DNA of 64,000 bases from Flavobacteriaceae bacterium UBA5534 (GCA_002426015.1 DINS01000021.1:38513-102512); one strand, 5' to 3'; positions 1 through 10,548 are shown, counted from the first letter of the stretch. Numbers and translations are program-made. Notes: generated from the sequence alone by a model not told the origin.

Positions 1-539
1 ATTCCTGAACCTCCTTGTGCCATTGGTAAAGCACTTAATGGTGGGTAAATTGTCCATCCAGCTGCTGCAGGTCCTGCTTCAACAAATAAAGAGATGACCA
101 TGATGACACTCGATAGGAAGAACAGCCAATACGATACCATATTTAAAAACCCAGATGCCATATCTCGTGCTCCAATTTGCAGCGGAATTAATAAGTTACT
201 AAACGTACCACTTAAACCCGCTGTCAATACAAAGAATACCATGATTGTACCATGTATAGTAACTAATGCCAAATAAATATCTGCATCCATAACACCTTCT
301 GGAGCCCATTTGCCCAATAAGGCTTCAAACAACACGTTAGGTTGTTCTGGCCAAGCAATTTGCATACGAAACATTAAAGACATGATGACACCAATAACTC
401 CCATGATGGTACCAGTAATCAAATACTGTTTAGCAATCATTTTATGATCTTGGCTAAAGATATACTTGGTTACAAATGTTTCTTTATGATGATGTCCGTG
501 ATCGTCGTCGTGTGCGTGAGTATCTGCGTGTGTTGACAT
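1..539 (-). CDS. ctaD: cytochrome c oxidase subunit I, N-terminal part (gene runs off the window at position 1)
   Basis: Absent from the ORF track because it is truncated. My reverse-strand translation from the ATG at 539-537 reads MSTHADTHAHDDDHGHHHKETFVTKYIFSQDHKMIAKQYL...LQIGARDMASGFLNMVSYWLFF...GWTIYPPLS, which is typical of heme-copper oxidase subunit I TM1-3. It lies directly downstream of subunit II. Confidence 0.85.
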   Translation of the reverse strand, partial: MSTHADTHAHDDDHGHHHKETFVTKYIFSQDHKMIAKQYLITGTIMGVIGVIMSLMFRMQIAWPEQPNVLFEALLGKWAPEGVMDADIYLALVTIHGTIMVFFVLTAGLSGTFSNLLIPLQIGARDMASGFLNMVSYWLFFLSSVIMVISLFVEAGPAAAGWTIYPPLSALPMAQGGSG

Positions 540-576
540 AATCTATATATACTTTTTTAAAACGATTTTTATTAGT

Positions 577-1647
577 TTAGTTTAAAGAATTTTTGAATTC
601 TTTCTGTTCTTTCATCCAAGCATCAAACTCTTCTTGAGTTTCTACGATGATTTTCATTTGCATGTTGTAGTGAGATTTACCACAAATCTTGTTACATAAC
701 AATAGATAATCAAAATCATAACGCTCTAAGGCTTCTCCGCCTTTTGCAACTAAATCTTTGCTTTTGTCTGCTCTTATTTCGTTGATGCGTTGTACTTTTT
801 CAACCATATCAGGGTTTTCCCTCATTTGAGCGGTTGTCACAGTTGGTGTGAAACCAAATTGAGTGATCATTCCAGGAACACAGTTCATTTGCGCTCTAAA
901 ATGAGGCATATAAGCTGAATGTAACACGTCTTGTGAACGCATTTTGAACAATACTGGCTTATTTACTACCAAATGAAGTTCTGTAGTGATAACATCGTCT
1001 TGTGCATTTGGATCGGCTTCATCCAATCCTAAAATGTTGGCTTTATCTAAATCAATCAATCTGACGTTAGCTTGCCCTAATACATTATCTTGACCTGCAT
1101 AACGGGCTTTCCAGTTGAACTGTTGAGCATATAATTCGACCATCATTGGGTCGTCATCTTCATTGACATTCATAATACTTGTCCATGTGAATAATCCGTA
1201 AATGATTAATCCTGCAAGCACAATTACTGGAATGATAGTCCAAATGGCTTCTAATGTGTTATTGTCAGCAAAGAACAGTGCTTTTTTACCCTTTTCGCCT
1301 CTGTATTTAAAAGCAAAGTAATGAAGTAAAAACTGTGTGATTGTCTGCACGATAAAAATGATTACCATAGAGATAATCATCAAGTTATCGAGTTCAGGTC
1401 CATGAGCAGATGCCGAGTTTGACATCAAAGGCAAATCGCCCCATTTCACAAAACACACAATTGTTATGGCATAAATGAAGAGTAGGAAACCTATCATTAA
1501 ATAGCCGTTTATTTTATTGTCATAGTCTGTGGCGACACCAGTATCTGATGTGCTCGTATTAACTTGAGCTAAATCAAATATTTTCACCATCTGCCAAATG
1601 GCAACAGCTACAAAAAGTACTATAATAATTGTTAAAAAAGCAGTCAT
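577..1647 (-). CDS. ctaC: cytochrome c oxidase subunit II
   Basis: 356 aa with N-terminal TM helices. CuA-type motif H...CxxxCGxxHxxM is present (DVLHS...CNKICGKSHYNM). Adjacent to subunit I. Confidence 0.85.
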   Translation of the reverse strand: MTAFLTIIIVLFVAVAIWQMVKIFDLAQVNTSTSDTGVATDYDNKINGYLMIGFLLFIYAITIVCFVKWGDLPLMSNSASAHGPELDNLMIISMVIIFIVQTITQFLLHYFAFKYRGEKGKKALFFADNNTLEAIWTIIPVIVLAGLIIYGLFTWTSIMNVNEDDDPMMVELYAQQFNWKARYAGQDNVLGQANVRLIDLDKANILGLDEADPNAQDDVITTELHLVVNKPVLFKMRSQDVLHSAYMPHFRAQMNCVPGMITQFGFTPTVTTAQMRENPDMVEKVQRINEIRADKSKDLVAKGGEALERYDFDYLLLCNKICGKSHYNMQMKIIVETQEEFDAWMKEQKEFKNSLN

Positions 1648-1675
1648 TGTCGTTTCTCTTCTTTATTTAATTTAA

Positions 1676-3037
1676 TTAATAATGGAAATGTTCACTTTCT
1701 TTAATGAATGGATTTCCTTTTGCCAGTAATGGTGCTTTTGTTAAAGCCGTAAATACTACAAATATGAATAATCCAGCAAATAATAATATCGAGCTAATTT
1801 CTGGAATACCTATAAACCAACGGTCTCCGACAGTTGCAGGCATTATCATATTGAAAATATCTATATAATGTCCGCATAAAATAACGATACCAGCCATCAC
1901 AACAAACCAAGGAATACGTTTGTAATCACTATTCATCAATATCAATAATGGGAACACAAAGTTCATAACGACCATTCCTAAAAATGGTAATTGGTAATCT
2001 TGGAATCTTGTTACGAAATAGGTTACTTCTTCTGGAATGTTTGAATACCATATCAACATAAATTGTGAGAACCACAAATACGTCCAGAAAATACTGATAC
2101 CAAACATAAATTTAGCTAAATCGTGTAAGTGACTATCATTTACAAATGGTAAAAGTCCTTTAGATTTTAAATACATCGTTACCATCGCAATTACAGTGAT
2201 ACCACTAACAAACATACTTGCAAATACGTACCATCCAAATAATGTTGAGAACCAGTGAGGGTCAACACTCATAATCCAATCCCAAGACATCATTGATTCT
2301 GTATAAATATAGAATACTAAAAACGCTGCTGAAATACGGAATGATTTTTTGAAATTACGATTATCGTTGACATCGGCATTATCTTGTGCAATAGAAAACT
2401 TACGTGCAAAATGTCTGTAAGTACACCATCCTGCAATAAATATCAGTCCTCTAATAATAAATCCAGTCATGTTTAAGAAGCCTGACTTACCTTGAATTAA
2501 TTTGTCATGAGCAACAACTTCTGGGTCCATCCAAACGAATAAGTTGTAATGTCCTATGGTTCCTGAAGCCACAGCAATTCCTAAAACAATTAATGCTCCT
2601 GGCAATAAATAGGCTGTGATCCCTTCCATGACTCTGAACAATACTGGAGACCATCCAGCTTGTGCTGCAAATTGTATTGCATAAAACGCTAAAGCGCCTA
2701 ATGCTATCATCATAAAGAAGAAAGCTGCTACATATAATGCAGACCAAGGTCTGTTGGCAATTTGATGCTGAACATGTTTTGCGTGTTCATCACCATGGTG
2801 AGCTTCTGCAACGTCAACATGAGCTTCTTCTGATGACTGTTCGCCGTGAGTAGCAACCGCTTCATGTGCTGCAGCTTCTCCATGACCACCTCCATGTGCA
2901 GATGCTTCTTCTGCAAGCATTGTTTTTACTTCATCTAAAGATTTGTGAGATGTCATAAAACCATATCCAACACCTAATAATCCTAAAATGATTAAGGCGA
3001 ATGAAAATGTCTTTAATTTATTTGAAAATGTATACAT
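1676..3037 (-). CDS. actF: alternative complex III (quinol:cytochrome c oxidoreductase) membrane subunit ActF
   Basis: 453-aa polytopic membrane protein, last gene of the actABCDEF order. Carries a His/Glu/Ala-rich insert after TM1. Confidence 0.7.
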   Translation of the reverse strand: MYTFSNKLKTFSFALIILGLLGVGYGFMTSHKSLDEVKTMLAEEASAHGGGHGEAAAHEAVATHGEQSSEEAHVDVAEAHHGDEHAKHVQHQIANRPWSALYVAAFFFMMIALGALAFYAIQFAAQAGWSPVLFRVMEGITAYLLPGALIVLGIAVASGTIGHYNLFVWMDPEVVAHDKLIQGKSGFLNMTGFIIRGLIFIAGWCTYRHFARKFSIAQDNADVNDNRNFKKSFRISAAFLVFYIYTESMMSWDWIMSVDPHWFSTLFGWYVFASMFVSGITVIAMVTMYLKSKGLLPFVNDSHLHDLAKFMFGISIFWTYLWFSQFMLIWYSNIPEEVTYFVTRFQDYQLPFLGMVVMNFVFPLLILMNSDYKRIPWFVVMAGIVILCGHYIDIFNMIMPATVGDRWFIGIPEISSILLFAGLFIFVVFTALTKAPLLAKGNPFIKESEHFHY

Positions 3038-3039
3038 AT

Positions 3040-3627
3040 CTATATTGAATCTTTAACAGTCTTATTTCCTCCTAATTCTGATTTTAAGTCCATAACGTAG
3101 TTAACTACTTGCCAACGTTCTTCTTCGTTAAGTTGATTGGCATAAGAACCCATGGCGTTTTTACCATAATAAATAGTATGATAAACACTTCCAGCAGTAA
3201 TTGCTCTACCAGCATCATCATAACTAGGTACACCCAAAATCTTTTCTCTTTTTACAAGGTTACCTTGTCCATCTCCTTTCTTTCCATGACAAATGCCACA
3301 GTAAATATCATATAACTGACCTCCACGAATGGGATCAATTTGTGTAGAATCTAACGGACTCACTACAGTTTCTTTAGCCAATAAATATCCATCATTGGTA
3401 TTATCAATGTCAAAAGGTGTAAATCCTCTTGGAATTGAACCTTCTGCTGGCAACTGGGCTTCAACACCATTTGCAAAAGCATTAGACTCACTGTAAGTTT
3501 CATATCCTACAGGTTCGTACATATTTGGCATGAATTGGTAATTAGGTCTTGTATCTTTTTTACATGAAGCAAAAGATACTAATACGATAACCAATATTGT
3601 TGTTTTAAATAAGCTTCTCATAATCAA
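3040..3627 (-). CDS. actE: alternative complex III monoheme cytochrome c subunit ActE (lipoprotein)
   Basis: 195 aa. Lipobox-like LVSFASC and a single CxxCH (CGICH). Position in the act cluster fits. Confidence 0.75.
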   Translation of the reverse strand: MIMRSLFKTTILVIVLVSFASCKKDTRPNYQFMPNMYEPVGYETYSESNAFANGVEAQLPAEGSIPRGFTPFDIDNTNDGYLLAKETVVSPLDSTQIDPIRGGQLYDIYCGICHGKKGDGQGNLVKREKILGVPSYDDAGRAITAGSVYHTIYYGKNAMGSYANQLNEEERWQVVNYVMDLKSELGGNKTVKDSI

Positions 3628-3630
3628 CTA

Positions 3631-4164
3631 TTAATGCGCTTTATCAATGATGTTAATTTCTACTGCTCCTGTCTCTTTTAATAATTGAGCTAATTCTTTT
3701 TCGTTATTGTGAATTGCAATTTCCATTAAGAAATGGTCATCAGTCGTTCTTGGATCAGGATTTTCAGCTTTTTTGAATGGCCACATCCTACTTCTTAAAT
3801 AAAATGTAATCACCATTAAATGCGCTGCAAAAAACACGGTCAACTCAAACATAATTGGCACAAACGCAGGCATGTTTTCAATATAACTGAAACTTGGTTT
3901 TCCACCAATATTTTGAGGCCAATCTTCGATCATGATGAAATTCATCATCACAATAGCAACGGTCAACCCAATGCATCCATATATAAATGAAGCAATTGCA
4001 ATACGTGTTGGGGCCAATCCCATGGCTTTGTCTAAACCATGCACTGGAAAAGGCGTAAATATTTCTTCTATATGATGTCTTTCAGCTTTCACTTTCTTGA
4101 CAGCTGACATTAACACATCATCATCAGTATAAATAGCGTGAATTACTTTTGAAGATTCTTCCAT
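3631..4164 (-). CDS. actD: alternative complex III membrane subunit ActD (DUF3341-like)
   Basis: 177 aa with two predicted TM helices. Lies between actC and actE with 3-8 nt spacers. Confidence 0.7.
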   Translation of the reverse strand: MEESSKVIHAIYTDDDVLMSAVKKVKAERHHIEEIFTPFPVHGLDKAMGLAPTRIAIASFIYGCIGLTVAIVMMNFIMIEDWPQNIGGKPSFSYIENMPAFVPIMFELTVFFAAHLMVITFYLRSRMWPFKKAENPDPRTTDDHFLMEIAIHNNEKELAQLLKETGAVEINIIDKAH

Positions 4165-4171
4165 ACTATTA

Positions 4172-5899
4172 TTAGTTTATTAGTTTTTTAGCTTGTCCAG
4201 ACCAATCATCACGTTCTGCTCTTCCTGGGAATGAGCCTGTGATTTCGTCTAACAAGTCGTATTCTCTTTTTGTCATTTTGCTCACTTGTAAGAATGTATA
4301 AATGCCTATACTATTCAGTACTTCTTCCATTTTTGGTCCAATACCATTTATTTGCTTAAGGTCGTCCGCTTTTTGAGTATTGGCATCAAACTTACCTATG
4401 CTTTCAAATAAACTATTGACTTTATCTGAAGTGTCTGCTTTTGCTTTTGAAGGTGATTTAACAGTACCTTGTTTTCCAGAAGTTCTTGGATCGGCACCTG
4501 TACCGACCAAACTATCACCTCTTTCTCTAATGTTTTTATATCGCTCACCAGATGATTTCAAGATTGTTTTTACTTCTGCCTGTGCTATTACAGGAAATGT
4601 ACGTGCGTATAATAAGAACAATACAAAGAAGAATCCAATGGTTCCGATAAAAATTCCTATATCAACAAATGTTGGTTGGAACATTGTCCAAGATGATGGT
4701 AAGTAATCTCTGTGCAATGAGGTTACGATAATAACGAAACGCTCAAACCACATACCCACGTTTACCACAATAGAGATAAAGAATGAGAACATGATACTTG
4801 TTCTTAATCTCTTGAACCACATAAACTGTGGCGAGAACACGTTACAAGACATCATCATCCAGTATGCCCAAGCGTAAGGACCTGTTGCTCTGTTTAAGAA
4901 TGCGTATTGCTCATATTCTACTCCAGAGTACCAAGCGATGAACAACTCTGTGATATATGCCACACCAACGATAGAACCTGTTATCATGATAACGATGTTC
5001 ATCAATTCGATATGTTGCACTGTAATATAATCTTCAAGGCTACATACCTTTCTCATAATGATAAGGAGGGTATTTACCATGGCAAATCCCGAGAAAATTG
5101 CTCCTGCAACGAAGTATGGTGGGAAAATTGTGGTATGCCAACCTGGTATTACTGATGTTGCGAAATCAAAGGATACAATTGTATGTACAGAAAGTACAAG
5201 TGGTGTTGCTAAACCTGCAAGTACCAAAGATACTTCCTCAAAACGTTGCCAGTCTTTTGCTCTACCTGTCCATCCAAAACTTAATAATGAATAGATTTTC
5301 TTTTGGAAAGGCTTTACTGCCCTATCTCTAATCATTGCGAAATCTGGCAATAATCCTGTCCACCAGAACACTAATGAAACCGATAAGTACGTTGAGATTG
5401 CAAAAACGTCCCAAAGTAGTGGTGAGTTAAAGTTGACCCAAAGTGAACCAAATTGATTTGGAATTGGTAATACCCAATAGCCTAACCATGGACGGCCCAT
5501 GTGAATGACAGGGAATAAACCTGCTTGAACCACCGAGAAAATAGTCATTGCTTCAGCAGAACGGTTAATCGCCATTCTCCATTTTTGACGGAACAGTAAA
5601 AGTACAGCAGAAATCAGTGTTCCTGCGTGACCAATACCAACCCACCAAACGAAGTTAGTAATATCCCAAGCCCAACCAACGGTTTTGTTAAGACCCCAAA
5701 CACCAATTCCAGTTGAAATGGTATAAATGATACACCCAATCCCCCAAAGAAATGCTACTAATGAAATAGAAAAAACTATCCACCATGCTTTATTGGCTTT
5801 TCCTTCTACAGGTCTTGCTACATCCACAGATACATCATGGTATGATTTTTCGCCTGTAACTAAAGGTCTTCTAATAGGTGCTTCGTAATGAGACGCCAT
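4172..5899 (-). CDS. actC: alternative complex III quinol-binding NrfD/PsrC-like subunit ActC, with about 125-aa soluble C-terminal extension
   Basis: 575 aa. NrfD-like polytopic core. Tail contains DDLKQINGIGPKMEEVLNSIGIYTFLQV...GRAERDDWSGQAKKL. Confidence 0.8.
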   Translation of the reverse strand: MASHYEAPIRRPLVTGEKSYHDVSVDVARPVEGKANKAWWIVFSISLVAFLWGIGCIIYTISTGIGVWGLNKTVGWAWDITNFVWWVGIGHAGTLISAVLLLFRQKWRMAINRSAEAMTIFSVVQAGLFPVIHMGRPWLGYWVLPIPNQFGSLWVNFNSPLLWDVFAISTYLSVSLVFWWTGLLPDFAMIRDRAVKPFQKKIYSLLSFGWTGRAKDWQRFEEVSLVLAGLATPLVLSVHTIVSFDFATSVIPGWHTTIFPPYFVAGAIFSGFAMVNTLLIIMRKVCSLEDYITVQHIELMNIVIMITGSIVGVAYITELFIAWYSGVEYEQYAFLNRATGPYAWAYWMMMSCNVFSPQFMWFKRLRTSIMFSFFISIVVNVGMWFERFVIIVTSLHRDYLPSSWTMFQPTFVDIGIFIGTIGFFFVLFLLYARTFPVIAQAEVKTILKSSGERYKNIRERGDSLVGTGADPRTSGKQGTVKSPSKAKADTSDKVNSLFESIGKFDANTQKADDLKQINGIGPKMEEVLNSIGIYTFLQVSKMTKREYDLLDEITGSFPGRAERDDWSGQAKKLIN

Positions 5900-5928
5900 A
5901 TCTTTATATAATTATTACTTAATTAATA

Positions 5929-8900
5929 TTATGCTTCAGTTGTATTTCTCACTTTAGTTTGATACATCACGTTTGGTTTTGTTCCAACGCTTTCTAACAA
6001 GTGATACATACGGTTATCTTCTTTAAGTTTTGCAACTTTACTTTCTTTATCATTGATGTCACCAAAGGTCATTGCTCCATTGCTACATGCAGAAGAACAA
6101 GCTGTTTGGAATTCACCATCTTTAATTTCACGTCCATCACGTTTAGCATCAAGAATTGTTTTTTGTGTTTTTTGAATACACATTGAACATTTTTCCATAA
6201 CTCCACGAGAACGAACAACCACATCTGGATTTAATACCATACGTCCTAAATCGTCATTCATATGATAATCAAACTCGTCATTTTCGCTGTATAAGAACCA
6301 GTTGAAACGACGCACTTTATAAGGACAGTTGTTTGCACAATAACGTGTACCTACACAACGGTTATAAGCCATGTGGTTTTGACCTTGACGACCATGAGAC
6401 GTTGCTGCAACTGGGCAAACAGTTTCGCAAGGTGCATGATTACAGTGCTGACACATTACAGGCTGGAATGCTACTTGTGGGTTATCAGCAGGAGATTCCA
6501 TTTCATTGAATCCACCAAGAGACCCATTATCTCCAAATAAACCAGAGAAGTTTTCTTTTTTAGTATCATCTCCCTCAAACGTATCTTCAGAAGAATAATA
6601 TCTATCAATACGCAACCAGTGCATATCTCTACTACGACGTATTTCTGATTTACCAACTACAGGAACGTTGTTTTCAGCATGACATGCAATAACACATGCT
6701 CCACATCCAGTACAAGCGTTCAAATCGATAGATAAATTAAAATGATGACCTATTGAACGATCAAATTCGTCCCATAAATCTACATCAGGTGACGTAACAG
6801 GAGTTTCAACGTGATTTAAAGATACTACAGGAATTGCATTCCAGTAATCTTTATCTTTTGTATTGAAAATTTCTAATGTTGTTTCTTTAATGATATCTCC
6901 ACGACCCATTAAAGTATTTTGTAATTGTACACAAGCAAACTCATGTTCTCCCGAAGCTGCTGTTACACTTACATTTTGAACTGTATTGAAGTTTTGGTAT
7001 AAGGCATAAGCATTAACACCAGTTTTCATTTCGTCTTTTAATCCAGCTGTTCTTCCATAACCTAACGATAATCCTACAGATCCATTAGCTTGTCCTGGTT
7101 GAATGATTACTGGCACATTTTTTATTGTCACACCATTAACAGTAACATTTGCATAGCTACCATTTAAACCTCCATTAGCAACGTGCCAATTTTTAAGATT
7201 TAATTGTTTTGCATCTGCTGTAGAAACCGTTAAATAGTTATCCCAAGACACTCTTGTTAAAGGGTCTGGAAACTCTTGTAACCATGGGTTGTTGGCTTGT
7301 TGACCATCACCCATTCCTACTTTAGTATATAAAGTTAACTCTAACCCTTCAGATTTAGCTGATGACGCCAATGCTCTTGCCGCATCACCTGATGAAGCTA
7401 CAGCTTCTGATGTATTAGTTTCAGTTGTTTCAGGTGTATTTTCCAATGTTGGCATAGCACCAACATAAATACCATCATGCAATGCTTTATTGAATGAATT
7501 GCCTCCTAAAATACCAGTATTCCAATTATCTTTAATAAAATCGTGGTAAGACATATCATTACCAGTCCATTTTAATAAAGCATCTTGAAATTGCCTTGTA
7601 TCAAACAAAGGACGAATCGTTGGTTGTGTTAAACCGTAATGTCCTTTTTTAAGTTCAACATCTCCCCAAGACTCTAAATAATGAGGTGCTGCAGCTATAT
7701 ATTGAGTAGCTGAAGCTGTTTCATCAGCTTTCATAGAGAAAGCAATAGATAATTCTGTTTTCTTTAATCCTTCTGCAAAATCATTTGCGTTTGGCAATGT
7801 ATATAATGGATTAACTCCACTCATAATGATAGCACCAACTTTTCCAGCTTTCATATCAGCCACTAAAGTTGCTACATCTGCATCATTACCTTGTCTTGTT
7901 TTTATTGGAGCAGACTTATCAAATACTTTACTGCTTAAATAAGCATTGATTTCTAACGCAACAGTTTGTGCATTAACATCTTGAATTCCTGTTACAACAA
8001 CACCATTACTTCCAGCTTCTTTTAATTGTGAAGCTGCCTTACGAACTGCATCATCAATTTGTTTTGGAAGATCTCCAGAAACTGAACCACCAACAACGTA
8101 ACTATATAATTTAGCTAACGCTAATTTTTGTTGGCTTGGCGTTGCAGGCACACGCTTATCAGCATTTGCTCCAGTTAATGACATGTTAGCTTCAATCTGA
8201 ATATGTCTAGACATTTTACCTTCTTGAGGCACGCGTCCTTTAGCATAACCTGAATCGAAACCACCACCTTGCCAATCTCCTAAAAAGTCAGCACCTACAG
8301 AAACTATAGTTGAAGCTTTTGAGAAATCGTAATTAGCTAAAGCGCGTTCTCCATATTTAGCTTGGTATGCATCTAATGCAGCAGATTCTGAAACAGCATC
8401 GTAAACTACATGACGGACATTACCATATTTTTCTTTGAAGTTTGATATCAATTTACTTGTTGAAGGACTTGCAAAAGTTTGTGTTAATAACACAATCTCT
8501 TTACCAGCATTCATTAAGTCGGTTAGCTTTTGATTCGTTTCTAAATCAAAAGTGCTCCAAGAAATTGATTTACCATCTTTCTTTGGTCCTTGAACCCTTA
8601 AACTATCATACAATCCTAAAACTGAAGCGTTCACTCTGGCATTTGCACCACCTTTGGTAGTAGCCATCGTATTGTTTTCAATTTTAATTGGACGCCCTTC
8701 ACGAGTTTTAACTAAAACACTTGCAAAGTCAAACCCATCTGCAATGGTAGTTGCATAGTAATTGGCAACACCAGGAATAATTTCTTCAGGCTGCACTACA
8801 TAAGGAATCGACTTAATCACTGGTCCTTCACAGGCAGCAAGTGATGCTGCTGCTGTACTAAAACCAACATATTTTAAGAAATCACGACGTGTTGTAGAAG

Positions 8901-9042
8901 AAGCTTCCAATGTGCTTTTATCTCCTAAAAACTCATCAGTAGGAATTTCTTCAACAAATTCGTTTTGTTTAAGCGCCTCAACAATAGAGCTATTTTCGTT
9001 TAGCTCCTCAACACTTTTCCAGTATTTCTTGTTTGATGACAT
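5929..9042 (-). CDS. actB: alternative complex III molybdopterin-like / 4Fe-4S subunit ActB
   Basis: 1037 aa. Tat signal (RRDFLKYVGFSTAAASLAAC). C-terminal ferredoxin-type Cys clusters (CTGCGACVIAC, CQHCNHAPCETVCP, CVGTRYCANNCPY). Confidence 0.88.
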   Translation of the reverse strand: MSSNKKYWKSVEELNENSSIVEALKQNEFVEEIPTDEFLGDKSTLEASSTTRRDFLKYVGFSTAAASLAACEGPVIKSIPYVVQPEEIIPGVANYYATTIADGFDFASVLVKTREGRPIKIENNTMATTKGGANARVNASVLGLYDSLRVQGPKKDGKSISWSTFDLETNQKLTDLMNAGKEIVLLTQTFASPSTSKLISNFKEKYGNVRHVVYDAVSESAALDAYQAKYGERALANYDFSKASTIVSVGADFLGDWQGGGFDSGYAKGRVPQEGKMSRHIQIEANMSLTGANADKRVPATPSQQKLALAKLYSYVVGGSVSGDLPKQIDDAVRKAASQLKEAGSNGVVVTGIQDVNAQTVALEINAYLSSKVFDKSAPIKTRQGNDADVATLVADMKAGKVGAIIMSGVNPLYTLPNANDFAEGLKKTELSIAFSMKADETASATQYIAAAPHYLESWGDVELKKGHYGLTQPTIRPLFDTRQFQDALLKWTGNDMSYHDFIKDNWNTGILGGNSFNKALHDGIYVGAMPTLENTPETTETNTSEAVASSGDAARALASSAKSEGLELTLYTKVGMGDGQQANNPWLQEFPDPLTRVSWDNYLTVSTADAKQLNLKNWHVANGGLNGSYANVTVNGVTIKNVPVIIQPGQANGSVGLSLGYGRTAGLKDEMKTGVNAYALYQNFNTVQNVSVTAASGEHEFACVQLQNTLMGRGDIIKETTLEIFNTKDKDYWNAIPVVSLNHVETPVTSPDVDLWDEFDRSIGHHFNLSIDLNACTGCGACVIACHAENNVPVVGKSEIRRSRDMHWLRIDRYYSSEDTFEGDDTKKENFSGLFGDNGSLGGFNEMESPADNPQVAFQPVMCQHCNHAPCETVCPVAATSHGRQGQNHMAYNRCVGTRYCANNCPYKVRRFNWFLYSENDEFDYHMNDDLGRMVLNPDVVVRSRGVMEKCSMCIQKTQKTILDAKRDGREIKDGEFQTACSSACSNGAMTFGDINDKESKVAKLKEDNRMYHLLESVGTKPNVMYQTKVRNTTEA

Positions 9043-9071
9043 ATTATATAATTGAATTACTTCTTAATAAA

Positions 9072-10364
9072 TTAATAATGACACTTACCACATTCTAAAC
9101 CTCCCATTTGTGCAACGGTAAGTTTATCAACTCCATACTTTTTAGATAACTGTTCGTGTATCTTGGTATAGTAGGCATTGTCTTCAACTTTTACATTTGT
9201 TTCTCTATGGCAATTGATACACCATCCCATTGTTAATGACGAGAATTGATACATTACTTCCATTTCTTCAACAGGACCATGACAGGTTTGACACTCAATA
9301 CCTCCAACAGTTACGTGCTGTGAGTGATTGAAATATGCAAAATCTGGCAAATTATGAATCCTTACCCATTTAACAGGCTGTGGTGTTCCAGAATATTTTT
9401 GCTCCGCGTCATTCCATCCAGCTGCTGCATAAAGCTTTTGGATTTCTCCATCATAAAATTCTTTACTAAATTCTTCGGTCGCTGTAGACTCAGCAACTTC
9501 AGTAATTGATTTGTGGCAGTTCATACACACATTCAATGATGGAATCCCTGACGTTTTACTTACTCTCGCAGACGAGTGACAGTACTTACAGTCTATACCA
9601 TTGTCTCCAGCATGTATTTTGTGCGAATAATGTATTGGCTGAACTGGCATATACCCTTGATCGACTCCAACTTGCATGAAATATCCATACACAAAATATC
9701 CACTTGCAAGCAAGAAGAATATTGCTGTCACCAAAACCAAGAATTGATTTTGAACAAAAGCTTTCCAGATTGGCACTCCCTTTTGCGAGGCAACTTCTAC
9801 GCCTTTAGCTTCTGCAAAACGATTTAATGTACGTCTTACCAACACCAAAGCCATTGCCAACAAACCGAATAATAAAGCTAAAGCACCTAGAATAAGTTTG
9901 TTTGAAGTGGTATCTGTTGAAGGGTTAGGATTTACACCTCCTACTGTTGCAGTTCCTGTTTCAGCTGGAGCAGCTTCTTCAGCTGTATAAGCTAAAATAT
10001 CACTGATATCTTGGTCAGACAATTGTGGAAAAGCTGTCATGGCAGTGCCATTGTACTCATTGAAAATCTTGACAGCATAAGCATCGCCTGCCTTTACCAT
10101 TCCAGCACTGTTATGAATCCAATCTGTAAGCCAAGCTCTGTCTAAACCCTGTTCATCAGCAAGTCTTTGCTCAATATTTCGAAGTGCAGGACCTGTCATT
10201 TTCTTATCGAGTTTATGACAAGCAGCACAGTTTGTATTGAATAAAGCTTTTCCTTTTATAGGATCACCTTCTTGAGCGTGAAGTGAAGTTGAAAGCGTAA
10301 GTAAAATAATAAACCCTAAATATAGAATCTTTGAGGTTAATTTACGGTGTATCACCTGTTTCAT
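9072..10364 (-). CDS. actA: alternative complex III multiheme cytochrome c subunit ActA with fused N-terminal class I cytochrome c domain
   Basis: Six CxxCH motifs (CAACH, CKYCH, CMNCH, CQTCH, CINCH, CGKCH). The signal peptide starts at MKQVIHRK, so I place the start at the ATG at 10364 rather than the TTG at 10445 used by the track. Confidence 0.8.
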   Translation of the reverse strand: MKQVIHRKLTSKILYLGFIILLTLSTSLHAQEGDPIKGKALFNTNCAACHKLDKKMTGPALRNIEQRLADEQGLDRAWLTDWIHNSAGMVKAGDAYAVKIFNEYNGTAMTAFPQLSDQDISDILAYTAEEAAPAETGTATVGGVNPNPSTDTTSNKLILGALALLFGLLAMALVLVRRTLNRFAEAKGVEVASQKGVPIWKAFVQNQFLVLVTAIFFLLASGYFVYGYFMQVGVDQGYMPVQPIHYSHKIHAGDNGIDCKYCHSSARVSKTSGIPSLNVCMNCHKSITEVAESTATEEFSKEFYDGEIQKLYAAAGWNDAEQKYSGTPQPVKWVRIHNLPDFAYFNHSQHVTVGGIECQTCHGPVEEMEVMYQFSSLTMGWCINCHRETNVKVEDNAYYTKIHEQLSKKYGVDKLTVAQMGGLECGKCHY

Positions 10365-10548
10365 ATTGTTAGTTGAATTATCTTCTAAACTTTGGTATGA
10401 TTTTTTCATTAACAAGAAAAAAATACAGTTAAAAATCTCACGCAAAAGTAATACTTAAAGTCGATTTTAGAAATGTTAGGGAACTGTTAATTGTTAATTT
10501 ATAAACATTCTAAATAATAATTTGAATGATATTTAAGTTTAATAAATT

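Noticed and set aside
94-276. 60-aa plus-strand ORF at the left edge of the window.
   Set aside because: It lies antisense within the oxidase subunit I coding region, which reads cleanly on the minus strand.
10365-10445. N-terminal extension of ActA from a TTG start (MREIFNCIFF...).
   Set aside because: The signal peptide and sensible N-terminus begin at the ATG at 10364. A TACTTTTG -7-like box falls inside the extension, which suggests that this stretch is 5' UTR or promoter.
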